From Acidimicrobiia bacterium (GTDB taxonomy: Bacteria; Actinomycetota; Acidimicrobiia; IMCC26256; PALSA-610): a DNA stretch of 64,000 nt. The stretch is from the NCBI GenBank assembly GCA_038209365.1, contig JBBQXS010000002.1, positions 19,038 through 83,037 of the forward strand, in the 5' to 3' direction. The position numbers and the translations under genes are program-made. Positions 37,104-46,658 of this stretch are shown here, piece by piece. The notes below the pieces were generated by a model. That model was not told the DNA's origin and did not search any database. It saw only the letters and a list, made by a program, of their open reading frames with translations. Position 1 is the stretch's first letter. Each line of letters starts with the position of its first letter.

Positions 37104-38951
37104 TTATTCGACTCGGTACGGGATAGACGTCACGGCGGTCCGTTTACGGAACAGCAGCCGACCCTTGAGGATCAGCGCGCTCTGGTTGTGCAGGAGGTGC
37201 TGCCACCAGTGTTCGACGAACAGTTCCGGAATCACCACGGTGATGATCGTGTTCGGCCAGCGTCGTTCGAGCTCGTCGACGAAACCCAGGGTTGCGTCGA
37301 TGAACGCAAGCGATGGCGAAACGACAATCTCGAGCGGTACTCGGAGATCGTGCCCCATCCATTCCTTCTCGATTCGCTCTGCGTCCTCGGGCGTCGCGAC
37401 GACGGTCGTGGCGAGGAGGTGATCGGGTGCGATCGACTCCGAGTAGGCGAGCGCTTCGAGCGCCCCCGCGTGCACCTGCCCCACCAACACGGCAACAACG
37501 TGTCGTCGCCTCGGGGGCCGATAGTCGGGCGGAGCATCCAGCGCGGTCGCGAAGGTCACGTAGTGGCGACGAATCGTCTTGAAAAGTATGACGATCATCG
37601 GGATCACCAGGATTGGGACCCACGCGCCGCTCGTGAACTTCGTGATCGCCACGATGAGCAGGACGAGCAGCGTCGCGACGGCTCCGATCGCATTGAGCAC
37701 TGTGCTTCGCCGCCAACCCGCTTCGCGGAGCCGCAGATGGTGGCGCACCATTCCCCACTGCGAAAGCGTGAAGGAGGTGAACACGCCGACTGCATACAGC
37801 GGGATCAGCGCGTTCGTCAGTCCGCCGAACGCGACAAGCAGCCCCGCGGCCGCCGCCGCGAGGACGATGATCCCGTTCGAGAACACGAGCCGGTCACCAC
37901 GATTCGCGAGTTGGCGGGGCAAATAGCCGTCCTTGGCGATGATCGATGACAGGCTCGGGAAGCCGTTGTACGCGGTGTTCGCGGCGAGCGTAAGGATCGC
38001 CGCCGTCGCGAATTGCAGGAGTACGAACAGGGCACCGCGACCGAACACCGCAATTCCCAGCTGGGCGATGACCGTGCGGTCGTGGCTCGGGTACGGACGG
38101 AGACGGTGCGCAAGCACTGAGACGCTGAAGAACAGACCACCCAGCAACACGCCCATCCAGACGAGCGTCGTTGCCGCGTTCCTCGCCTCCGGTCGCCGGA
38201 AAGCCGGCACACCGTTTGAGATCGCTTCGATACCGGTGAGCGCCACTGCGCCCGACGAGAAGCCTTTCAAGAGCAGGAACAAGCCGAGCGTTCCACCGGC
38301 CTCACGACTCCCGTCGAAGTTCTTCGGATCGAAAGGTACGGGATTGATGTGTCCGAAGTAGGAGCGCGAGAGGCCGTACACGACGAGCGCGCCGAGCACA
38401 CCCATGTAGATGTAGGTGGGCAACGCGAAGAAGCGGCCTGATTCCTTGACCCCTCGCATGTTCGTGAGCGTGATGAGCACGATCAGCACGACCCCGACGA
38501 TGACGCGCTGATGACGCAGTCCTTCGAATTGCGGGATCGAGATGATCGCCGCCACGCCGGCCGAGATCGACACGGCGACGGTGAGCACATAATCGACCAT
38601 CAACGATGCGCCTGCGACCAGCGATGCGAGTTCGCCGATGTTTTCGCGACTCACGACGTACGCGCCACCGCCGTTCGGATACGCAAAGATCACCTGGCGG
38701 TACGAGACGATCACGATGGCGAGCAAGGCCGCCACGACGACAGCAATCGGGACCAAGCGGCTGAGGCCCAGAGCGAGACTGGACGCGCCCACGGCGGTGA
38801 CGAAGAGGATCTCCTCGGTTGCGTACGCGGTCGACGACAGCGCATCTGATGAGAAGACCGCGAGCGCGATCCTCTTCGTCAGCCGCTGCTCCTCCATCTG
38901 GGTCGTTGCCAACGGTCGACCCACGAGGATCCGCTTCAAGAGCCCCAGCAT
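37104..38951 (-). CDS. APC family permease, KimA-like K+ transporter (copy 1)
   Basis: ALAVFSSDALSSTAYATEE, YPNGGGAY, VDYVLTVAVS, ALTGIEAISNG, WWQHLLHNQSAL. Confidence 0.9.
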   Translation of the reverse strand: MLGLLKRILVGRPLATTQMEEQRLTKRIALAVFSSDALSSTAYATEEILFVTAVGASSLALGLSRLVPIAVVVAALLAIVIVSYRQVIFAYPNGGGAYVVSRENIGELASLVAGASLMVDYVLTVAVSISAGVAAIISIPQFEGLRHQRVIVGVVLIVLITLTNMRGVKESGRFFALPTYIYMGVLGALVVYGLSRSYFGHINPVPFDPKNFDGSREAGGTLGLFLLLKGFSSGAVALTGIEAISNGVPAFRRPEARNAATTLVWMGVLLGGLFFSVSVLAHRLRPYPSHDRTVIAQLGIAVFGRGALFVLLQFATAAILTLAANTAYNGFPSLSSIIAKDGYLPRQLANRGDRLVFSNGIIVLAAAAAGLLVAFGGLTNALIPLYAVGVFTSFTLSQWGMVRHHLRLREAGWRRSTVLNAIGAVATLLVLLIVAITKFTSGAWVPILVIPMIVILFKTIRRHYVTFATALDAPPDYRPPRRRHVVAVLVGQVHAGALEALAYSESIAPDHLLATTVVATPEDAERIEKEWMGHDLRVPLEIVVSPSLAFIDATLGFVDELERRWPNTIITVVIPELFVEHWWQHLLHNQSALILKGRLLFRKRTAVTSIPYRVE

Positions 38952-38962
38952 TCAAGCCAAAA

Positions 38963-39760
38963 CTATTCGTCTCGGTGAGGATCAGGCACGTCTCGAACAA
39001 GACGTCCGAGATCTTCGGACGAGGCTGACGCAAACACACTTCCGAGCTGATCGGCCAGCGCAATCGCCACCACGCGCTCGTCCAACGTCACCGACCGGTC
39101 GGGGTCGCCCACCAGCACCATTCGCGCCACCTCGCGGCCCGATTCAACGACCGAAAGCTGCAGGCCGTACTCGGGAAGCGCGAATCCGCCCCCCACCCAG
39201 CGGTGCTCGGCACTTTGTATCGTGCCGGCGCGTTCGAGCACCGGCAGGGGCCATTGGAAGGGCGCGAGCTCGATCCAGCAGTCACGGAGCCGTAAGAGTG
39301 CGATCATCTCGTCCTTCACCAAGCGCGCGATCTCCTCGAGAGACGCCCCCATGGCAACTCGCTCCGCAACGCGGTGCACTCGACCGATCGCTTCGGCGGC
39401 GCGGTCGCGATCGCGCCGAAACCTACGACCTCTCGCCGCGACCTCACCGACCACCAGGCCGACGGCCAGGAGAATCATCACCGTCTCGACGTCGTCTGCG
39501 CTGTCCACGCGCATCGAAACGAATGGACGCGTCAGGAAGAAATCGAACGACAACGTCGCGCTGACCGCGGCGACCCCTCCCGCGGCTCGACCTCCGACGA
39601 TCGCCGCACACACCACGACAAGCACGAGAATCAACGCGAGATTCGCGTTGTCGATCACATCCCGCAGCGGCACGAGTGCGATCGCGACGGCGACCGAGCC
39701 GAGTCCGCCGAGCGCGAGCCCGGCCAACCTCCGGTCGTCGTCCTCCTGGTCTACCCGCAT
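38963..39760 (-). CDS. Stand-alone DUF4118 (KdpD-like TM) + GAF-like protein
   Basis: NANLAL..VLVVV.AAI.GG..G, LSFDFFLTRP TM signature; no kinase domain. Confidence 0.8.
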   Translation of the reverse strand: MRVDQEDDDRRLAGLALGGLGSVAVAIALVPLRDVIDNANLALILVLVVVCAAIVGGRAAGGVAAVSATLSFDFFLTRPFVSMRVDSADDVETVMILLAVGLVVGEVAARGRRFRRDRDRAAEAIGRVHRVAERVAMGASLEEIARLVKDEMIALLRLRDCWIELAPFQWPLPVLERAGTIQSAEHRWVGGGFALPEYGLQLSVVESGREVARMVLVGDPDRSVTLDERVVAIALADQLGSVFASASSEDLGRLVRDVPDPHRDE

Positions 39761-39847
39761 GGCGTCTTCATTCTCTCCCCATGCGAACGGCGCCGCCCGC
39801 ATCGACCGCTCTCCGGGAGCGGCCGATGTCGGCGGCACCCGATCCGT

Positions 39848-40201
<354 letters not shown>

Positions 40202-41441
40202 TCAGGCGCGCTCGAGCGCGTAGCCGCTCTCGGAATGCTGGGTGATGTCGAGCCCGCGGTCTTCGTCGTCTTCGGTGGCGCGGATACCGCCGGGGAGGAC
40301 CGCCTTGAGCGCCAATCCGATCGCGTACGAGACCGCGAACGAGAACAACAGCACCGCGCCGACCGCGATCAGCTGCTCACCGAAGAGTCCCCAGCCGCCG
40401 CCGAAGAATGCGCCGTCCTTGCCCGCCGGATTCACACTTGCGTCGGCAAACAAGCCGAGCAGCACCGAACCGATGATGCCGCCGACGAGATGGACGGCCA
40501 CGACGTCGAGCGAGTCGTCATAACCGAGCTTGAACTTCAGAGAGATCGCGAGATAACACACGCCACCTGCGATCCCACCGATCGCCACAGGCGCGAGCCC
40601 GCCGACGAAGCCCGCGCACGGGGTGATCGCGACCAGACCCGCGACCGCACCCGAGGCCGCGCCAAGGGTCGTCGCGTGGCCGTCCTTGATGCGCTCGACG
40701 ACGAGCCAGCCGAGCATTGCCGCCGCCGCCGCGACAAAGGTGTTGAGGAACGCTTGGGCCGCAACCAGGTTGGCGGCGAGTGCCGAGCCGGCATTGAACC
40801 CGAACCAACCGAACCAGAGAATGCCCGTTCCGAGCAGGGTGAGCGGCAACGAATGCGGCGGCATCGCCTCCCGCGGCCAGCCCCGCCGCCGGCCGAGCAG
40901 CAACACCAGCGCCAGCGCGGCTGCACCGGCGTTGACGTGCACGACGGTGCCCCCCGCGAAGTCGAGCGCACCGCGGTCGGCGAGCCACCCGCCCGCGAAC
41001 ACCCAGTGCGCGACGGGCAGATATACGAGGACCGACCACGCGGAGATGAAGCCGACCCAAGCAACCCACCGCATGCGATCGGCGATCGCGCCGGTGATGA
41101 GCGCGGGCGTGATCACCGCGAACGTGAGCTGAAACGCGACGAACGCAAGGGTCGGAATGGATCCCGACACGCCGTTGGTGAGGTCCTTCAACCCGACGTT
41201 GTCGAAGTTTCCGATCCAGCCGGCATTGCCGGTGTCCGAAGGCGAGGCTGTAACCGAACAGCACCCACAGGACCGTCGCGATCCCCATTGCGAAGAAGTT
41301 CTGCATCAACATTGCGAGCACGTTCTTGGCCCGTACCATCCCGCCGTAGAACAGCGCGAGGCCGGGAGTCATGAAAAGGACGAGCGCGGTGCTGGCGAGC
41401 ACCCACGCGGTATCTCCGGTATCGATCTCCGGCACGTTCAC
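40202..41441 (-). pseudogene. amtB: Ammonium transporter Amt, frameshifted near 41237 (real lesion or assembly indel)
   Basis: DTGDTAWVL..ALV.FMTPGLALFYGG in frame from 41441; FQLTFA, DFAGGTVVH, WFGWFGFNAGS, DDSLDV..VH in frame of ORF 40202..41191. Confidence 0.9.
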
Positions 41442-41525
41442 AGCTCCTGAGTGTGCGGGCGCGCGCGTGCGCGGCGCCCGAGCGGTCGCGGAACCGCGCG
41501 CGCGTACGTCTGTCGACGCGGGCGG

Positions 41526-41894
41526 TTAGCTCAGGGTGTCGCGAAGTGCCGGCGGCCCGCGACGCGTTGCGCTGCCGCGCCACTCGATGACGGGCACGAC
41601 CTTGTCGCGCATACGGGCGAGGGCGAGGCTCGTCGGGCAGGCGCACGCGATGAGGACGGCGCGCATCTGCCCGACGGGCCAGGTGAGGCGGGGTTGGTGC
41701 GGCTCGACGCGGGCCGCAAAGGAGACCAGATGCGACCGGATGGGCGACACCGCCGCGTATGAGGTCGCGGCGTCCCGTTGCGCGGCGCCCTTCGCGGCCG
41801 GCGATGCGACCGACACCAACACGCTCGCGACGAGAGCCGCGCTGACTGCGAAGCGAAAAAACCGCCGTTGCGTCGAGAGCAGATCAATGCCGAT
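41526..41894 (-). CDS. Candidate leader/arrest peptide with signal-like N-terminus and C-terminal RGPP
   Basis: ORF 41526..41822 frame stays open upstream, giving QRRFFRFAVSAALVASVLVSVASPAAKG; ends RRGPPALRDTLS; start codon uncertain. Confidence 0.55.
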   Translation of the reverse strand: MGIDLLSTQRRFFRFAVSAALVASVLVSVASPAAKGAAQRDAATSYAAVSPIRSHLVSFAARVEPHQPRLTWPVGQMRAVLIACACPTSLALARMRDKVVPVIEWRGSATRRGPPALRDTLS

Positions 41895-41916
41895 GGTCGA
41901 ATTCTGGCGACCAATT

Positions 41917-41954
41917 GTTACAGGAGTGTTCCGGAACGTGACACGCGTATGAAC
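41917..41954 (-). promoter_or_regulatory. GlnR-box-like array upstream of the amt operon leader
   Basis: Minus strand TTCAT-N6-GTCAC-N5-GGAAC-N6-GTAAC resembles GTNAC-N6-GAAAC boxes; CAGAAT -10-like hexamer at 41906-41901. Confidence 0.5.
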
Positions 41955-41980
41955 ATCGGCATGTGCTCACCGTCGCCGAC

Positions 41981-43540
41981 TCAGGCGGTCGTCGTTGTAC
42001 CGGGGGCCTCGCGGATCCAGACGTCGAGTCTTCCGACCCGCGTATGTCTGTAGCCGGCGCTGGATACTGATTGGCTCCATGCCTCGAGTTTTTTCTCGAG
42101 GCTCGGAGATCGTTTGGTCGTAAGAGGATCCGCGACGACGGCACGCGGTCTCGAATCTCGCGCGGGAAGCGACGCGACGACGTGGACGCGCTCGCTCGGC
42201 GACAACGCGAGTTGCATGACGTTCGCCGCACCGACAACGAACACTTCGTGCGCTCCTTGGCTCGCGATCAGCTGCGCCGCGCGTTCGTAGTCGCCCCGAT
42301 CGATCGTCGCGACGTTGACGACCGACGAGACGAGCATCACCGCGAGCACCACCGACCACGCGACGGCCAGCGTTTGAAACCACCCACCTCGCAACGCGTT
42401 CTTCACGACGGCCTGCGCGCCGACTCCGGCCGCGAGTACGAGGCCCGGAAGCCAGATCACGTAATAGTGGGCCAGCATCAGCCCACTGCCGATGGCAAGG
42501 CCGAAGTAGGTCACCACCGTCGCGGCGAGTCCATAGACCGCCGCCGCCCGAGCGGGCGAAAGCAACCCGATGACGGCGAGGATCACGAGCAGCGCGGTTC
42601 CGAATCCGCCGATCCCATCGCTCATGAACCGGAGGCCGGCCCACCAGGGCGCATGCTGGTAGATCTTGCTGCCGATCAGGATCGTGTGACCTGCCGCCGC
42701 GTGGGCGCCCTGGAAGCGCAGCATGTAATGGATCTGATCGAAGGACCCATGCCACCCGAGTGGCAGATACACAACCACGACCGCAGCGAGTCCGGTCGCA
42801 AGGTACGACCCGGTGAGCGCGAGCGACCGGGACCACTCCTGCCGGAGACGCCGCGTGCACACGAAGGAGAGCACGATCACGGGCGCGATGAGCAGCCCGG
42901 GCGCTTTGGAGGTCGCCGCCCATCCGGTGGCCAGGCCGGCAAGGGCCGCCCACGGCAGCGATCCCCGTGCTCGGGCCTCCCACCCGGCCCAGAGCGCGAG
43001 CGCGACGAAACCCGTCGCGACCGGATCGAGCAAGGCGAGCCGTTCGATGCGGGGGCCGGCGGGCGCATACCCACCCATGACGCCTGCGTGCGGAAGTAAT
43101 CCCCAGAAGGCAGCGGCAGAGATCGCGGCGACCAGGCCCACAAGGCGATATGCCCACACCGCGACGATGAGCGCTGTCGCGATGCCGGCGAGCGCGGAAA
43201 CGACCCGCGCCGACGTATAGCCCTGTCCGAAGAGCTCTTGCGCGAAGCCGAAGAGATACTTGACGAGCGGCGGCGCCTCACGAACCGATTTGAAGCTGCC
43301 GTGTACATACGCCCAACCGGAATGTACATAGGTGGGTTCGTCGACGGCGCGATCACCTCGACTGAGACCGAACAAGTGCACGAATGACGTCGCCGCAAGA
43401 ACAAGCGCGAGGAGCAAGAACCCAAGCCATCGTTGCGAAAGCGTGGCACGCCGATCGCGCCGACGATCGCGACTTCCGTCAACCTCGCGGGCGGGCGCTT
43501 CCACGGACTGGTGGACAAGCGCCTTGACGATCGCGATCAC
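41981..43540 (-). CDS. GT-C (ArnT/PMT-like) membrane glycosyltransferase
   Basis: DEPTY motif after first TM, PPLVKYL, ARVVSAL, ATSK, many TM helices. Confidence 0.8.
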   Translation of the reverse strand: MIAIVKALVHQSVEAPAREVDGSRDRRRDRRATLSQRWLGFLLLALVLAATSFVHLFGLSRGDRAVDEPTYVHSGWAYVHGSFKSVREAPPLVKYLFGFAQELFGQGYTSARVVSALAGIATALIVAVWAYRLVGLVAAISAAAFWGLLPHAGVMGGYAPAGPRIERLALLDPVATGFVALALWAGWEARARGSLPWAALAGLATGWAATSKAPGLLIAPVIVLSFVCTRRLRQEWSRSLALTGSYLATGLAAVVVVYLPLGWHGSFDQIHYMLRFQGAHAAAGHTILIGSKIYQHAPWWAGLRFMSDGIGGFGTALLVILAVIGLLSPARAAAVYGLAATVVTYFGLAIGSGLMLAHYYVIWLPGLVLAAGVGAQAVVKNALRGGWFQTLAVAWSVVLAVMLVSSVVNVATIDRGDYERAAQLIASQGAHEVFVVGAANVMQLALSPSERVHVVASLPARDSRPRAVVADPLTTKRSPSLEKKLEAWSQSVSSAGYRHTRVGRLDVWIREAPGTTTTA

Positions 43541-43705
43541 CTGCGAAGCGTGTAGTACTCACCGGCGAAGGTTGTCGCGGTCGCGGGGGCAGCGGTACCC
43601 AGAGCAACCATCACGCTGATCATGTCACGCGAGCCATATGCCCGCGGGAATCACGTATCCCAATGTGGCACGACAGCCCAACACCAGACAATCCGTCGAC
43701 CAACC

Positions 43706-44401
43706 TCAGAGCGCGTTGAGCATGTCAGCCAGTTGCGCGGGTTGGCTGATCATCGCCATGTGCCCGGCGTCGAGATCGATCACCTCCGCGCCACCGAGGT
43801 TCGTGATCATCTTGTCCTGGACGGCGGGAATGATGCTGGCATCTCGCAACAGCCGGATGTAGGTGCGCGGGATCGGGTTTTGAAGGCCGCGGAGATCGAC
43901 TGGCTCAGTGAGCACAAGATCGGCTTCGGGTACGAGGCGCTCGAGTGTGAAGGCAGCCTGATCGGGGTCCATCTCGTTGCAGAACATGCGGGCCGCGACC
44001 TCGGGGTGAAGCGTCCCGTGTTCAGTGATACGTCGTCGTCCATCCGAGCGGCGACTTCTGCGGATGCCGGGAAGCACGTCGGCGATTGTCTGGCCGTCCG
44101 TGGGGACTGCACAGGCGATGAACACCAGCCGACGCAGCCGATCGGGCACCCGCGCGGCGACGCCGGGCAGCGTGATTCCGGCGAGGGAATGGCCGACGAG
44201 TACGACCTCGGTGAGGTCGTTGGCGATGATCTCGTGTTCCACCTCTTGGACGAAGTCGGCCACCGTGACCTGCGCGAGATCGGCGGGGCGGTTGCCGCGG
44301 CCGGGGAGATCGACAACGTGCACGGGCTTTGCGAGGAGTGGTGCGAGCAGGTCCCAGCAGGAACCGGCAAATCCACCGCCATGGACCAACACGAAGGGCA
44401 T
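43706..44401 (-). CDS. Alpha/beta hydrolase (Abhydrolase_6)
   Basis: MPFVLVHGGG, DLPGRG, GHSLAG, AGHM. Confidence 0.88.
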   Translation of the reverse strand: MPFVLVHGGGFAGSCWDLLAPLLAKPVHVVDLPGRGNRPADLAQVTVADFVQEVEHEIIANDLTEVVLVGHSLAGITLPGVAARVPDRLRRLVFIACAVPTDGQTIADVLPGIRRSRRSDGRRRITEHGTLHPEVAARMFCNEMDPDQAAFTLERLVPEADLVLTEPVDLRGLQNPIPRTYIRLLRDASIIPAVQDKMITNLGGAEVIDLDAGHMAMISQPAQLADMLNAL

Positions 44402-44477
44402 ACGAATCTCCTTTGCCACGCAGCGGTTCTCGGCACCCCGCTGGTCCGCAACTTGCCCGTCGCGCCAGAATGCGCAG

Positions 44478-45017
44478 GTGCGCAGGCTACCGAAGCGAGC
44501 AGACCTGCCCGTCTTCACTGCCGTCGGTGTCGCGCTCCATGTCGGACTGCCGTTGGCCTTGGCACGACACGACCCGAGTCACAGGCCGAATGCACAAGTG
44601 TCACGCATCACCAAGCGCGCCGGCCAGTTGCTCGTCGCAAGCGGCGCGACGATTGTGGTGTCGGCGACGCTGGAACACCTTCGTCACGACAGATCGTCGC
44701 GTGAGCGGGCGCCTTGGCCTGGAGCGGTTCCCGAGTTCATCGTGTTAGGTGGGCCGTACGCGTTCTCACGAAACCCGATGTATGTCGGCGAGCTCCTCAT
44801 GTGGCTCGGCTGGACGCTCTTGCTCGACAGCGGCACCGTCGCCGTCGGATCGGCGACCATGGCTGGCGCGATGGCGTTGGTTGTACGGCGCGAGGAACGC
44901 CGCCTGAACGCGACATTCGGTGACGAATACCGCCAATATGCGGACCGCGTGTCGAGATGGGTAGGTGTCGCTTCATTCGCGCGCGTGCCGCACGCTACGC
45001 GCGCGCAAACGGCGTAG
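44478..45017 (+). CDS. Isoprenylcysteine/phospholipid methyltransferase family membrane protein
   Basis: GPYAFSRNPMYVG, REERRL..FGDEYRQY..V.RW; start uncertain. Confidence 0.75.
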   Translation: MRRLPKRADLPVFTAVGVALHVGLPLALARHDPSHRPNAQVSRITKRAGQLLVASGATIVVSATLEHLRHDRSSRERAPWPGAVPEFIVLGGPYAFSRNPMYVGELLMWLGWTLLLDSGTVAVGSATMAGAMALVVRREERRLNATFGDEYRQYADRVSRWVGVASFARVPHATRAQTA

Positions 45018-46410
45018 AGCCATTCCGCGGCGTGGCCTTCTCGAGCTCGGCGACGGCGTCGTCGATGTAGCCCGCGAGCTGCGCGACATCCGGCAGCAGG
45101 TCAGGGCACACCTGGAAGCCGAAGCTGACCGTGTCGAGATAGCTGACCACGGTGATGTTCAGGCCCATGCCCTCGATGAGTGGGCCCATCGGCAACATCT
45201 GCGAGACGCGACCGCCGGCGATCCAGAGCGGGAAGTCGGGCCCACGCACGTTCGAGATCATCAGGTTCGCGAGAGGTGGCAGCCGGTCGGCGAGGTGAAG
45301 CGCCGACACCGCGTGCATCGCGGGGGCGATGGTCTTCGGTGGGAGTATCGATGCAAGCGACTGCAACAGTTCGTGGCCGCTCTGCTCGTAGAAGTTCTTT
45401 GCCGCGGCGGCGCTACGGGTCGTCGCCGCGACGCGCTCTCCCGGGTCTTCGATGTGCACAGGGATCGCGTAGAACATCGTCGAGAACCGGTTCCCGCCGG
45501 TTGCATCTTCGAGCGTGCGCTCCGAGACGGGGATTGCGGCAACCAGCGGCCGGTCGGGGAGCTCGTCGCGATCCATGAGATACAGCCGCAATGCACCCGC
45601 ACAGACGGCGATGAGCAGGTCGTTCAACGTCGCGCCGTACGCCCGCCGGATCTCCTTCAGACGTGAGAGTTCCACGGACGTGAACTCGACCGTGCGTCGC
45701 GGTGTCAGCGCGCGGTTGAACGGGAGGCGTGGCGCGGTCAGCGGCAACGCGAGGTCGGGATCGCCCGCGCGTTGCACGGCCCGCACGAGTGTGCTCGCGA
45801 CGCGGGGTGCCGACCGCGCGAAGTCGCGTGCCCATCGCACGCTGCCCCGGATCGACTCGCGTGCCTGATCGGCGACGGTCAGCCTGTGCGGCTCGGGGTG
45901 GGGCGGGACGACCACCGGTGGGGCGTGCGGTTCGAGATCGAAGAAGGGCGCGAGGCTTTCGATGCCTGACGCGCCGTCGAGCACGGCGTGATGCACTTTG
46001 CAGATCACCGCGACACGGCCGTCTTCCAACTCGTCGACGAGCCACATCTCCCAGAGCGGACGATCACGACGGAGTGGGCGCGACGCGATGTCGCCGGCGA
46101 CCCGTCCGAGCGCCTGGAGATCCTTCGGTGGGGCAAGGAGTGCTTGATGCAGATGACTGTCGACCGCGAGATCGGGCTCGTCCGTCCACACCGGGTTGGA
46201 CAAGCCGGGAAGCGTCTGCAGCCGCCGGGAGCCCATAGGGACCAGCGGCAAGCGACTCTCAATACGGTCGCGCGCGACCCGGTAATGGTCTTCACGATGG
46301 ATGTCGGGATCGGGCTCGATGAGCAGCACCGCGAGAATGTTCAGCTGCTGCGCTTCCGTCTCGAGAGAAAGCAGCGCCGCGTCGAGTGTCGAGAGGTACT
46401 CAGCCGCCAT
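44995..46410 (-). CDS. Wax ester synthase/diacylglycerol acyltransferase
   Basis: LSTLDAALLSLE, RPLWE, KVHHAVLDG (HHxxxDG), NL.ISNV.GP, LNITVVSY. Confidence 0.94.
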   Translation of the reverse strand: MAAEYLSTLDAALLSLETEAQQLNILAVLLIEPDPDIHREDHYRVARDRIESRLPLVPMGSRRLQTLPGLSNPVWTDEPDLAVDSHLHQALLAPPKDLQALGRVAGDIASRPLRRDRPLWEMWLVDELEDGRVAVICKVHHAVLDGASGIESLAPFFDLEPHAPPVVVPPHPEPHRLTVADQARESIRGSVRWARDFARSAPRVASTLVRAVQRAGDPDLALPLTAPRLPFNRALTPRRTVEFTSVELSRLKEIRRAYGATLNDLLIAVCAGALRLYLMDRDELPDRPLVAAIPVSERTLEDATGGNRFSTMFYAIPVHIEDPGERVAATTRSAAAAKNFYEQSGHELLQSLASILPPKTIAPAMHAVSALHLADRLPPLANLMISNVRGPDFPLWIAGGRVSQMLPMGPLIEGMGLNITVVSYLDTVSFGFQVCPDLLPDVAQLAGYIDDAVAELEKATPRNGSTPFARA

Positions 46411-46550
46411 GCGGGCAGCGTAGGAAAAGGTGCCTCTCGGCGGCAACAACCGCGCATCCGCTCGCGGACGGCTCCCGAACGCGAGCAAATGACGGTCCGC
46501 TACGGCGACCCGGCTCGCCGCAGGGCACAGACACGCTTCCCATACCTGGG

Positions 46551-46623
46551 AGCCGGAGAGGGGACTCGAACCCCTGGCCTGCTCATTACGAGTGAGCTGC
46601 TCTACCGACTGAGCTACCCCGGC
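46551..46623 (-). tRNA. tRNA-Thr(CGT)
   Basis: Minus strand GCCGGGGTAGCTCAGTCGGTAGAGCA-GCTCA-CTCGTAA-TGAGC-AGGCCAGGGGTTCGAGTCCCCTCTCCGGCT cloverleaf, anticodon CGT. Confidence 0.97.
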
Positions 46624-46658
46624 GGAATTCGATCAGTGTAGTGCGCGTACCTGCCTGA

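Noticed and set aside
46411-46560. attL/attR prophage or ICE at tRNA-Thr
   Set aside because: No second copy of the tRNA 3' end and no integrase seen in the window.
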